A DNA stretch of 63,862 nucleotides from the NCBI GenBank assembly GCA_019429125.1, contig JAHYJO010000005.1, forward strand, positions 1 to 63,862. Reading direction: 5' to 3'. This DNA is from Nanobdellati archaeon. Its GTDB lineage: Archaea; EX4484-52; GLR71. Positions 29,388-43,200 of the stretch are shown here, piece after piece. The translations under genes and the position numbers were made by a program. The notes beneath the pieces were generated by a model. It did not search any database. It was not told where the DNA came from and saw nothing but the letters and a program-made list of their open reading frames with translations. Position 1 is the first letter of the stretch, and the number at the start of each line of letters is the position of its first letter.

Positions 29388-30931
29388 CCTTAACTCTGCA
29401 CTTTAGGGAATATGTTCAATCCAAGCAGTTCATCTAACTCTTTGACTTTTTTTGGTACTTCTGTAATTATATTTTTGTCTTCAATCTTTAGATTGTATAC
29501 TTTTCCAAATTTTTGTAACAAATCAATCGGTGTAATTTTATGATTTAATTTAGCAGTTTTCAACATTTTTTCGATAGCACAATGAATATATAGCGATAAA
29601 AATGCTATGAATATATGACCAAATACACTTTCATCATCTTGCAGATATAACTTATCTGCATTAAGGACAGTTTTATAAGTGTCAAACATTTTTTCTATAT
29701 TTTCTCGTTTTTTGAACAAATAAAATATTTCTTTTGGTTCAATGTCAAGATTAGATAATATCAGTATTATCCCAGTCCTTTTCATTTTTTCATCAATTTG
29801 TTTTTTGGTAATTTTTCCGTCTTCAAGTTTCATATATAATGTTTTTTGTTCTTCAAGTTTCAGATCCATATCTTCAAAAACATATGCTACACTTTTATCT
29901 AATTTCCTTTTTCCAGACCTTATCAGTCTTTTATGATATATTAAGTGATTATTACAATGTATACGATTTTCATAATATTTACTATTTCTTCGTACGGGTA
30001 ATACATATGACATTTGAATAGTTTCAAGAAATGTCATAATTTCATCTGAAAAGAAACCCCTATCCAGAACCATTATTTTACCTTTAACACCAACTTATTT
30101 TATTGAGGTGTAAAGGGTTTTTATATCCTTTACACTTCCAGGTATTGTCCGAACCATTGTTGGCATCCCAGTATCTATGCTACACATAAGTGCGATATTT
30201 ATCTGAGGTATCTGTAAATGATCTTTATTATATCCTTTTTCAGCTTGACCAATATTCATAGAATGTGAAAACATAGAACTAAAATCATATATCAATTGAT
30301 TGCTTTGATCTGTAAGTTGTTTGAATATTAAATTTTGACCGTCACGATTCATACCTATTTGATGTAATGTCTTTGAAATATTTTTTGGATTTAATTTTGG
30401 ATTTATATGTTCTTGGTTATACAATCTATCCCATGAATCGTTTGTCCGTTTTATAGGCATGTAACCATTTACACGAACCATTGCAAGTGAATATATTTAC
30501 TCCCAACAATCAGGAAATGCTTCTTTAATTACTGATTTTAATGGTTCTATTGCCTTATGCAATAACATAGAATTTCCATATTCTTTTATCGTTCTGATGT
30601 CTGCAGAAGTAATGTTTTTTTGTTTATTTGCAAGAATTAGTCCTTTATCTTTATCGAGTTTTCCTAAATACTTTGAGATTTTTTTAGTTTTTTTAGCATC
30701 TTTGTCCCACTGTGTTGTAGAATTATAAACATAATAATTTTTACCAATCAGCTTGATTTCAAGACACAGTTTACCCTGTTGTCTTTACCCATCCAACCAT
30801 GTTTTTGTCCAGTCCTCCATAATCCCTATTTAGGGATTATACCTTTATAAATCTTTCGGTAAATTTCGAATACAAGAGCTAACTATTAAAAGAATTAACT
30901 GAAATTATACCCTATTTCGGCAAAGTTAAGG
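29388..30931 (-). mobile_element. IS1634-like insertion sequence
   Basis: Terminal inverted repeats CCTTAACTCTGC (29388) and GCAAAGTTAAGG (ending 30931) enclose a DDE transposase. Confidence 0.75.
29390..30820 (-). pseudogene. IS1634/IS4-like DDE transposase with three in-frame TAA stops
   Basis: Single 476-codon frame reading MEDWTKTWL...LIYDFSS...VLDRGFFS...RENIEKMFDTYK. TAA stops at 30785, 30497 and 30095. Confidence 0.85.
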
Positions 30932-31240
30932 TTTATAAATATTTATGTGATAAAATTGATTTTTTGATGAATTTGTTAATATTTTTGAAAATTTAATCCA
31001 TTTAAAAAAATAGTATCCAGTTAAGGGTTGAAAAATTGGGCTTAACTGGATGAGCTCTTCAATGAACAGTGCCATATATCCTACTCCTTTATATTCTTAA
31101 AAATCAAATAATTGTTAGGATTTATTGCTTATAATAGTTAGAATTGATTATTCAATTAACGCACTTATATATTCCTATCAAGAATGGTTAATTTTTTAAG
31201 CAAAAATAGGTTTACAAGATAATTGATTTTAGGTGTATAG

Positions 31241-34200
31241 ATGTCTTTTGAGTTTAATAAATTAAAAAAGAATAATCTGCATGTCTTATTGCTCTTTTTT
31301 TTATTAATCCTTATTCTTATAATTTTAATAAAACCCTACGGCATATATACTGGTAATCTATTAGCCTCAACATCAACCGAATCATTTAGATTATCACCTG
31401 AATCAATTAATCTCTGCAGTATTGAAAATAATATTGCTAATTTATCTTTTGGACCCTTAAATCAGACCTCAATAATTTGCAAAAATGATTCTTATTCTTT
31501 CTCACAATCTTCACCCTCATCATCTTTGCCTTCATCTTCATCTTTATCAGGATTGTCATCTTATCTAGAATTAACATTTTCAGAAATATCATCAGATAAC
31601 TTTAACATTACAGGCACTGACCTAATCTTTGATTGGTACTCTGAAGTTGTCTACGATGCCCAGATATTTTATCAAGCAGATAATGGGACTTATGAAAAGG
31701 TATGTACTCTTAAAATACCAAACACTCAAAGCCAGTCAATTTGTGATTTATCAGACAATATCCAATCCATATCCAATCTGCATAATGCGACAGTGCGCAT
31801 CTACTTCCAAGAAATCCCCATAACCACTACAATATCCAATTTGATAACAGGTAAAGTTTTAGGTGTAATGAACAACAACGAATCACAGACTCAGACTCTT
31901 GACAACTCCTCAAATGATAATATTTCAGTAGATAATACAACAATAGGTGATGAAATAAGTGGCGATATAGATACTTCCAAATCTATTGAAAACAACACCT
32001 TAAATTTGACAGACAACAGTACAATTACAAATATTACTGAATCAGTCAATATTACAACAGATAACATTACTGCCGATAACATAACAATCGAAAACCTAAC
32101 AAATACTACTCTCTCACTTGACAATATAACAACTGATAACCTTACAACAGAAAACATTACAAATTCTACAATAATTTTTGATAATATAACAACTGATAAT
32201 GTCACAATAAACAACATTACTATTGATAACCTCACAACTGACAACATTACCTACACAAATAAAACAATAACTGACAATCTAACAGATACAAATACTAATT
32301 TAAGTTCTAATCATCCAATTTTAGATAACTATACACTAAATATATCCCTTCCATCTCCGGCAGATAACACAACAACAAATAACACATTGACAGATAATTC
32401 ATCCACTCAAAATGCAACAATCCATATTTCAAACATATTTTTAAATATAAAATATATTATCTATAATGCGATAACTCTTAACATGTATTCAGACATTACT
32501 GAATACTTCCCAAACGACAATGTCTCAATCTACATCTCTGGCGACAGCAAGATAATAGACAAAATCCAACTTACAATAGACCAAAACGATTACGAATTAA
32601 AAAACATTTCAGAAAACAAATGGAAATTTATCTGGACTGCGCCACAAAACTCATCAACCAAAGATGTAAAAGTCACAGTCACAGCATATGATTTAAAAGG
32701 CAAACGTCTGGATGCAGTAACATTAAAACTATCTCCCAAAAATATGATTGCTACTTCAATCCCTGAAACAAAAAAAGAGACTGCAGTTAATTCAACAGAT
32801 ATCAAATTCGGTGCAAGATTAATCTATGAGAACAACAGCGCATATAAAGGTGCACAGTTATTTTTTGGTTGCAATCAGACAGATGGCAGTTACACTTATT
32901 TAGGTACAAACATTACAGACGATTCCGGCTGGGCAGTGCTGACCTCAGACAATTCATCAGTACCTGAAGACTGTTTCTTATATGTAGATTACAGAGGAAA
33001 TACAACTTTGCATACTCTTCCAAGTTTCAACAGTTCTTTGGGTCTTCCAGTGGCAATCCCTTACAAACTAAAAGACCTACCGACTGACATAAATATCTAT
33101 GACAGCATAACAGGCGAACTAATCCCTTACAATCAATATGCATCTTTGAAAAGTCCAAAAAAAATCAATCTGCGCCTCGCCGATTCAACCGGTTTCATCT
33201 TCTTTGATTCAGTAGATTTAGATTATATAAATACATCCAAAAGACCATCAATAATCAAGGATTCCAAACTGAAACAAAAGATAGAAAAAAAGACAAAAGA
33301 GACAGTCAACGATTTAATCTGGGTCGAAGCAGATGACTTTGTACCAAACACAACTGGTGGAAAAATAATCCTGCCATCAATAGGTTACAAGACCTTTAAG
33401 TGCGATGGCACACTCGAAGATCCAGATTGTTTTGAAATAGATACCTGTTCAGTATCAGAAAAACCATGTTACGAATATGACAACGGAACTACGATTATCT
33501 ACGTCAATCATTTCTCGGGCGCTTTCAATACAATCAACTGGACAACAGACGATGATTGGAACACGGGTACTCATGTGAACACGACCAGTTCAGCAGGTGA
33601 CCTTATCCTTTCAGGCACAAACACAACCGGATATTATCTTTCAAACACAACTGATACAACTTATACAATAATAAGAATTAAACCTATATGGAATTCAACC
33701 GAGCAGGATGCAAACAAGAACATAACAGTTGAAATCTCAGCAGATAACGGCACAACTTGGTTAACTACCACAAACAACACAAATTACACAACAGGTGCTG
33801 GCATCAGTACAGGACATGAACTAGTATATCGTATAAACTTATCAACAAATGATTCTGCAACCTCTCCGAAAGTCCACGACATAACATTGGATTACTATGT
33901 AATAATTCCAAACATATCAATATCCCTAGATACCGATAAGACTACTGCAACACCTAATGAAAAAATAACAGTTACAGGTTATGCAGTCCTCCAACCAGGT
34001 GATACTGATGTTGTAAATAATATTATGTATCTATGGTTTGATGAAACACTCATAAGTCCCTCTGAGTGGTGGAATACTTCATGGCGATATAGAGTACCTA
34101 TAACTGTTGACACTGGCAATTATGGTCCAATAATAAACGAGAACATATTCAAAAGGATTAATTTCAGACAGATGCTTGACAATCAAGGCATTTCTGAAGA

Positions 34201-37200
34201 TGTTGATAACAATTCCATACGTGTAATTAGTGATACTGGTAAAGAGGTAGAAAGTAATGTAATTTTCTGGTACACAGGCAATGAGGGTCTTGTATGGTTT
34301 TACATTAACACAACAATCCCTACAAATACGGAGAAGATATATTATGTGTATTTTGAGACTACAAGCAATCCAAAAACACCAAAGATATATGCGAGATCAC
34401 CACCACCTGATGTAGCAGTACAGTTTCAGGGTGGTAGCGACAACGGTGGCAGTGGCGGAATAACACGCATCATGGGCGACTACAATGGAAGCTTTACAAT
34501 ATACAATAATGACATACCAAATCCCGGTGCAAATTCACACGATTCTCAATGTATTGCGGATTTCGATAATGATGGGGACTGGGATTATGTGATGAGTAAA
34601 AATACGGATTCAAACATTTATTATTACCGTAATAATGGCAATGGTGACGGTTTTTCAAATTTCACAAGTATGGGCTCAATAGGTACGAGATCTTCAACAT
34701 CCCACTTTATGGCCTGTGCAACGGCAGATTTCAATAAAGACGGAAACATGGATTTCATATCTTTCAGTGATACAAATTGTTGCCGTGACCTATTCTTAGG
34801 GAACGGTGACGGAACATTCAACAAGACTGAAAATGCTCTAGCCAATGGTGTCTATAACAGAGACATATCTGTAGGTGATTTTGATGGTGACGGCAACATG
34901 GATATTGCTATAGGTCATTATGGTGCCTATAATTGGTATATTTATTATGGCTTTGGTGATGGTAATTTTACTGCACCAATTTATATCGGTAATTATGGTG
35001 GTTCAAATGCAGACCCATATGCAGTCGCATCTGGGGACTGGAATCATGATGGTGTTTTAGACATAATTGTAGGTGGTGCATATTATGGTCACGATGGCAC
35101 TGCAAGAAAGAAATTCCAAGGTAAAACTGGTGGTCAAGGACCTTCATATTTCACAGATATGGGCTACTGGACAGGACCTAATGGTATTGATATAGGTGAT
35201 GGTTCAAGATCTAATGTTCATGGTTGGATGGAAGGTTATGACTGGAACCATGACGGCAATGATGATATAATAGGGAATATATATGCTGATAATATTGCAT
35301 CTCAATGCGGTATTTATTATTGGCAGGGCACTTCTGCAGACTGGGGATTTGAGAACGCGGTCAAGTTAGGTGTCGGTGCAAGATGTTGGATGGGTGAAGG
35401 TGGAACATCACCTCAGGTAGGACATAATTTAGGTTACTATGTAATATCTCCAAATGATTTAGAACAAATCCTCATAACAAACAATACTGGATTTTATAAT
35501 TACACATTTATTGCGACATCAGTAACAGGAACACACACACTAAAAATAAATACAACTGATGAAAATGAAGTATATGGTGAAAATTCAACAAACATAACAC
35601 AACCGTCAATAATCATCTCCGACCAACAAGCGATATCTATTGAAAGTCAGACAAAATATATTCTGATAGACGAACAGATAAATATTTCGGTAAAAGTTTA
35701 CAAGAATATTGACAATCCGATTGATTCGGTCTGGGTAAACATAACGATGCCTAATTCAACAGTAAAAACTTATTTTTTAGACAACACAACAAATAGGACT
35801 GAGACACAGATATGGGATGTCATATTAGACACAACATCAGAATTTGATAATTTAATAGGGACGTACAATATAACATTTTATGCAAATTCAACACTTGAAA
35901 ACGGTTCTACAATAATCCAACAAGTGCCTACACAACTGATTAATTTTTATATTCAAAAATTAGTAGTTTTTGTAAAAAATAAAGATGGTTCATCCGTTTC
36001 AGATGCCAATATTATAGTTTATGTTCACAACACTACTGATATTGTCTGTCAAGGTAATACTACTACTAATGGTCAATTTGATTGCAGTGCTGTTGAAACC
36101 TCAAAAGCTTATGATATATTATATGACAATATTCCCGGTCGTTTCTCTCAACTCTGGAAACGTATGGTCTTTATACCTAATAACACAATTGAATTTGTAA
36201 CTCCTTATACATATTCCTGTTCCGATGGAAGCGGTTCAAATTGTGATGTTTACAGCGATCTTGAAGTCCGTGTCTATGAAGATTTAATTAATTTAAAAAC
36301 ACCAGGTGGCAACCTTTTGGCAATCATCCACACAACCACATCCGGACTCTCAAACGACACTAGTGCCACAAACGGTGCCACTATAACTTTTGATAAAAAC
36401 ATAACGTCTGTCTGGGACAATCCAGTATGTACAGATGGTTATTATTATGGTTGGGGCAAAGAATACGATTACGGTGCCGAAGGTTTTATTTTCTTATTTA
36501 ATTCTCAGGATAATATTGTCGGTTGTAATCAAAAAATAAAAATCACAAATGCAACCGGTTCATTCGAATCTTACCTCCTTGTCAATATCTATGAGACCAC
36601 CACCGGTTTTTTATCATGTAGTGGTCATACCAATTCAGAAGGTACGATAAATTGCGGGTTATCTTCAGGTTTATATGACCTGAAGACAGAAAACGGTTCT
36701 TATGCATTAAACGTTTCAAAAAACTCAACAGTCACACTTATTGCCTATGATAGTCCTAAGACTCTTTCCGATTTGACAATAAAACTTACAAATTCTACAG
36801 GTGACGCATTACCATATATCCCATTAAACATTTATGAAAATGACACAGGTAATATAGTTTGTTCAGTCACCTCAAATGAAGATGGATATATCATCTGTTC
36901 CTTAGATTCCGCAAAGACCTATGACGTTTTAAATTATACAAACATTTCATTGCCAGATTCATACATAATTGACATTACTCAATATCTTTTTGAAATACAG
37001 ACATTAGAGTATGGAATACCTATAAAGGACAATCATATAATTGTAAAAGATGGTTCAACGACAAAATGTGATGGTTATACAGACATCAATGGTATGTATT
37101 TGTGCTCTATACAGTCTAATAATTACGATATCTATGTTGGCACAGATAATGAACTAGTCGAAAACGTCAAATTCACATTATCATCCTCTGAGTCTCATAT

Positions 37201-40200
37201 CCTTGAGATGTCACCATACCTATTAAAAACTGAAGTTATTGCAACGGGTGGTGGTATTAATTTTAGTGAAATAAATGTATTTGACCACGAATCCAGCAAT
37301 CTTGTTTGTCAAGCTTCGGATTTTCAGGGCATTAATTACACTGTTCGTTGTTATCTTGCAAACAGATCCATAGCTTATGATGTTTTGTATAACAACACAA
37401 TCGGCACAATAGACCACATGTGGAAAAAGACAGTATTATTACCTGAAAATTTAACATTTCATGAATCTGAAGATTATCCAGACTACTGTAATTTAGAATT
37501 GCGTATCTATGATAAATATTATACGGATACTATGCCTGACGGTCTTTTGCTTGGTACAGTTCTGCATGGTATTGGCAAGTGTTCAGATATGGATATCTAT
37601 GGTTTTGATAGTACTGTAACTAGTGAATGGAACAACCCTGTATGTACTGGAAATAATTTTTATGTATGGACCTATTCTGGAATAGGTAAACGTTCAGCAC
37701 ATTATAATTTTTCAGGTTCAGTCTCTGGCTGTAATCTAGATATAACTGTGAAAAACACATATAATGAAACATTGACATTTGCAAGTGTTTCAGTCTATGA
37801 TAAAGACACACAGATTTTAAGATGTGTTGGCAATACTAATTCTAATGGACTTTTAAGTTGTGGTCTTCCTGTTGGTAATTATAGTATACGTGCCTGTTTT
37901 GCCGGTTATTGTGCCTATCAAGATATTTCATCACTCGGTTCATATTCAGTTACTATCCCAAACATTATGAATACAATTTCAGTTGTAGTTACAGATATTT
38001 TAAATGAAGACCCATTAGTTTCAGATGCCAATATTATAGTTTATGTTCACAACACTACTGATATTGTCTGTCAAGGTAATACTAATACCAATGGTTTATA
38101 TAATGGTCAATTTGATTGCAGTGCTGTTGAAACCTCAAAAGCTTATGATATATTATATGACAATATTCCCGGTCGTTTCTCTCAACTCTGGAAACGTATG
38201 GTCTTTATACATAACACAATTGAATTTGTAACTCCTTATACATATTCCTGTTCCGATGGAAGCGGTTCAAATTGTGATGTTTACAGCGATCTTGAAGTCC
38301 GTGTCTATGAAGATTTAATTAATTTAAAAACACCAGGTGGCAACCTTTTGGCAATCATCCACACAACCACATCCGGACTCTCAAACGACACTAGTGCCAC
38401 AAACGGTGCCACTATAACTTTTGATAAAAACATAACGTCTGTCTGGGACAATCCAGTATGTACAGATGGTTATTATTATGGTTGGGGCAAAGAATACGAT
38501 TACGGTGCCGAAGGTTTTGGATATATGTTCAATTCAACAAATGATATATCTGGTTGTAATCAATCTATTACAATAATTAATGAATCCGGCAGTCTTTTAA
38601 ATAATATCAATGTCAAGATCTATAATTTTATAACCGGCAAACTTAATTGTGAAGGTAAGACGAACACTAATGGAATAATTAAGTGTGGTTTTTATTCTGG
38701 GAATTATAACATAACTACAGAGTATGGTGCATACATTTTAGATGCAACCATTTCAAACGATTATATTATTCAGAAATATAATTCCTCAACCATAATGGAA
38801 ACTCTTGATGTCGAGTTGAAAGATATAATTGGAGATTCAATATCTTATGATAAACTTACATTCTATGACGCAGAGACATCAATAATTGCATGTCAAGGAT
38901 ATCCAAACGAACAGTCAAGACTTATCTGCTCATTAAATGCATCCAAAAATTATACCGTCATGGTCTGGGAAGGTAATGTTTCTTATACTCTATCAACACA
39001 TAAAAATATTGAGTTACCTGACACAACATCAATACAAGAGAATGTAGATTTAACTGTATTAAAATATACATCCGATAAAAATTACATTCCTTTATCTGAG
39101 GAAATTATTAAATTATATTCTGGTGGAATTTATGTTGCCCAAGGTATGAGTAACGAACAAGGTCACATTGGTTTTGCATTAGATATTGCACCAACCTATT
39201 ATCTTAATATTTTTGATTATATTGGTACAGATGCTATAATTGCAGTTCCATTAACAACAACAACATATGTATATGTCTCTCTTTCACCAAAACTAAATAA
39301 AACGGATGTAATGTCTGGAGAGACCATATTATTGAATGGTACAACAATATTTCAGCCAACAGGGGACTTACTTCCTAATTTAAATGTAAGTGTATACCTT
39401 AATGGTACTCTCTTAGGAAATACAACAACAAATGCAAGTGGTGAATATGCATACCAGATTACAGCGCCAACAACAGACGGAAATTTTACTTTAATGGTAA
39501 ATACCACAGATTTAAATGGTATTTATGGTGAATATTTAACCAATTTTATAGTAGATACTTCTCCTCCAAATATAACGATAATATCTCCTAAGAACAGATC
39601 TTATACATCATCAGTTTGGTTCAATCTCAGTGTAACAGATATAAGGGGTACTGATTGGTGTGGCTATTCATTAGACAACACAGCAAATATCACCTTATCA
39701 AATGATACACTAACTAATTTCTACGATGTTAATAGTTCTATGACTGAGGAGACACATACTGTCATATTTTACTGTAATGACACTGCTGGAAAATTAAATT
39801 ATACAACTGAATACTTCAATATCGATTTAACTTTACCGACAATAACACTTGATGCTCCTGTTAATAATACAGTTATAACAGAGCCACCATTATGGATTAA
39901 TTTAACAATGGCGGATGATTTATTATTAGATACATCTTGGTGGTCAAACAATTCAGGAACAATCAATTATACATTAAATTCACCTTGGGATATAGATATG
40001 AGCGAATGGCCTGAGGGAGACAATATAATTCATGTTTGGGTAAATGACAGTGCAGGTAACACAGTACAGAAAGTATATCTATTTATATTAAACAGGTATC
40101 ATCCAGAAATAGAATTTGTAGACCCAACAGACAATAATAGTGGTCTTGTAAACCGAGATTGGAGTTATATTAATGTCTCTGCATCAAATTTAGGTAGCGA

Positions 40201-43200
40201 AGATAACATCACCGTTTTCTTAGATTGGAACAACTCCCTTGTGGGTTGGTGGAGGTTCAACAATGAATCTGGAGAAAACGAGACATACTTCAAAGATTGG
40301 TCAAGCTACGGTAACAACGGAAGTTGCATAACCACAACTTGCCCGAATTATACGACAGGATATCTAGGCAAAGCATTGCAGTTTGATGGAAGTGATGATT
40401 ATGTAAATGCTGGAAATGATGCAAGTTTGAATCTCACAAATGAAATAACTATAATGGCATGGGTAAAACCAACAGGAACTATAGGTTCTGGTGGGTATGC
40501 AATTATATCTGAAAACGGAAATCATTATACTCAAATAAGAAGAGATAACGGTTCAGGCTCAAAAATTGCATTTTGGCATGCATCTGCAGGCATATGGTTT
40601 GAATCAAATACAGATGTTCCAATGAATCAGTGGAGTTTTATAGTAGTTACTTTCAACAAGTATGATATAAATCAAAATGTGAAGTTTTATTTGAATGGCG
40701 TTGCAAATGGTACTGGTGACACGACAACTGCCTTAGTTCCGACAGCAAACAATATTTGGTTTGGAAATGTATATACAACAAGCAGGTATTTCAACGGTAC
40801 AATAGATGAAGTCAAGATATTCAATCGCGCACTCACTCCAGCAGAGATCAACTCATCCTACGATGCCGGACTTTACAGGTTGGAAAAAAACATAACCAAT
40901 CTCGTAGATGGAACTTACACATACACAGCGCATGTCCAAGATTTAGTAGGTGATCTTAACCAAACAGAAACACGAACTTTGACAGTTGATACAATTTCAC
41001 CAATAGTAACGCTAATTAGTCCAGAACAGGATGATTACATTTCTTCAATTTTAATCAATTTCGTATTCAAAATTATTGATAATCTTAATACATCAATGGT
41101 TTGTTCTTTATATATAAATAACATATTAATTACAACAAACTCATCAACCAACAACGATACAGAGACTACATTTTCAAATATTACAGTCTCTGAAAATATA
41201 AATCAAAACTGGACTGTAAAATGTTCTGATGGTGTTAATAAAAATGAACTTTCAATCAGAACATTCAGTACAGATACGACCTCACCATCCATCGAATTCA
41301 TCTCACCTACAAAAGATAACAATTCTTATATCTCAGAAAACTACACTTATATCAATTGGACTTTAACTGAAATTAATCCCGATACTATCCTCTTAAATTG
41401 GGCAGGTACAAATGAGACCATGTCACAGAATTATTTAAATAAGACTGGTTTGACAGATGGAATCTATACTTATTATGTCTGGGTAAATGATACATCTGGG
41501 ACATCAAATCAAACCGAAACAAGAACACTAACAGTTGATACACTACCACCAATAGTAACACTAGTTAGTCCAGAACAGGATGATTACTTATCTTCAACTT
41601 CAATGGATTTCATATTCAATGTTACAGATAACCTTGAGACCTATATGGTCTGCTCTTTATACATAAATGGTACATTAATCAAAACAAAATCATCAACCAA
41701 CAATGATAGTGCGACTACATTTTCAAGTATTACAGTCTCTGAAAATATAAATCAAAACTGGACCGTAAACTGTTCTGATGGTGTTAATACAGCTCAACCT
41801 TCAATAAGAACATTCAATATAGACACAACTCCACCCTACATAGAATTCATCTCACCTACAGAAGATAACAATTCTTATATCTCCAAAAACTACACTTACA
41901 TCAATTGGTCTTTAAGTGAAATTAATTCCGATACTATCTTCTTAAATTGGGCAGGTATAAATGAGACCATGTCACAGAATTATTTAAATAAGACTGGTTT
42001 AACGGAGAGTATCTATACTTATTATGTCTGGGCTAATGACACTGCTGGAAACTCAAATCAAACAGAGACAAGAACTCTGACAATTGACACAACTGCACCT
42101 ACCGTAACTTTAGTTTCTCCAATAGATAACATATATTCTTCTGCAACAACAATGGATTTCATATTCAATGTTACAGATAACCTTGAGACCTATATGGTCT
42201 GCTCTTTATACATAAATGACACATTAATTACAACAAACTCATCAACATACAACGCAACAGACACGACTTTCTCAAGCATAGCAGTATCTGAAAATATAAA
42301 TCAAAACTGGACGGTAAACTGTTCTGATGGTGTTAATACAGCTCAACCTTCAATAAGAACATTCAATATAGACACAACTCCACCATCAATATCAATTCAA
42401 TCCCCAACCCCAACAATATACGGAACCTTAAATATCGACCTCAATTACAGCGCACAAGACACAAATGGAATCTTATCCTGCCTCTACGAACTAAACGGTG
42501 CAAACACTACCCTCACATCTTGTCAAAACACAACAATAACAGCAGTTGAAGGAAATAACAACCTCAAACTTTACGCAAAAGACACCTTTAACAACTGGAA
42601 CATGGCTGAAGTAGATTTCACTGTCAACCTTATCTCTTTGCAAATTACAAAATACCTGTCTCCAGATGTCCTTATTGCCGGTGAAAACGAGACAATAACC
42701 GTTAACACAACCCTAAAAATCAACCAGACAAAAAATGATGTATATTCAATAAAAATAACAGATGAAGTCCCTTATGACTTCTACAACTCAACAGTTATAA
42801 CAGTCTATTTCAAGAATGCGACAACCGCCGAATTGACAGAATTGACAACAAATATAATCATAAATATAGTTGATCTGGCGCAAAATAACAACACCCAAAT
42901 TCAGGTCAACATAACAAACATTTCAGAGACAAATCTCGCAGGATACATCAAAGAAAACGATTCAATTATCCTGACTTATGAGATGACATCATCCCAGCTG
43001 GATTCCGGAGACACAAGGACCATGTACATTAATGTCACCGCAACAGATATAAATGAAAACCAGAAAGACGCATACACGACAAAAAACATTTCAGCCTCAG
43101 GCGCAGTCCTACGCGGTTCAAAATCAATTTACATAAACCCTGCCAACCCGCAGGACATAACAGTCACAATAGTAGTTGATGTAATCGGTGACGCCGGCAT

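Larger units (their letters stand above)
29205..31073. mobile_element. MITE-like element (GGCACTGTTCA ends) interrupted by an IS1634-like element
   Basis: GGCACTGTTCAAAAAGTGAGTGAT at 29205 is an exact 24-nt inverse match to 59362-59385. AATGAACAGTGCC ends at 31073. No target duplication seen. Confidence 0.6.

Noticed and set aside
29390-30820. Genome-wide TAA reassignment
   Set aside because: TAA terminates conserved genes (gyrB, Lsm, rpl37e, pfdA) at their expected ends.
35996-38518. Possible diversity-generating retroelement TR/VR pair
   Set aside because: Both copies are in-frame coding, the differences are mainly indels rather than adenine-specific substitutions, and no reverse transcriptase is present.
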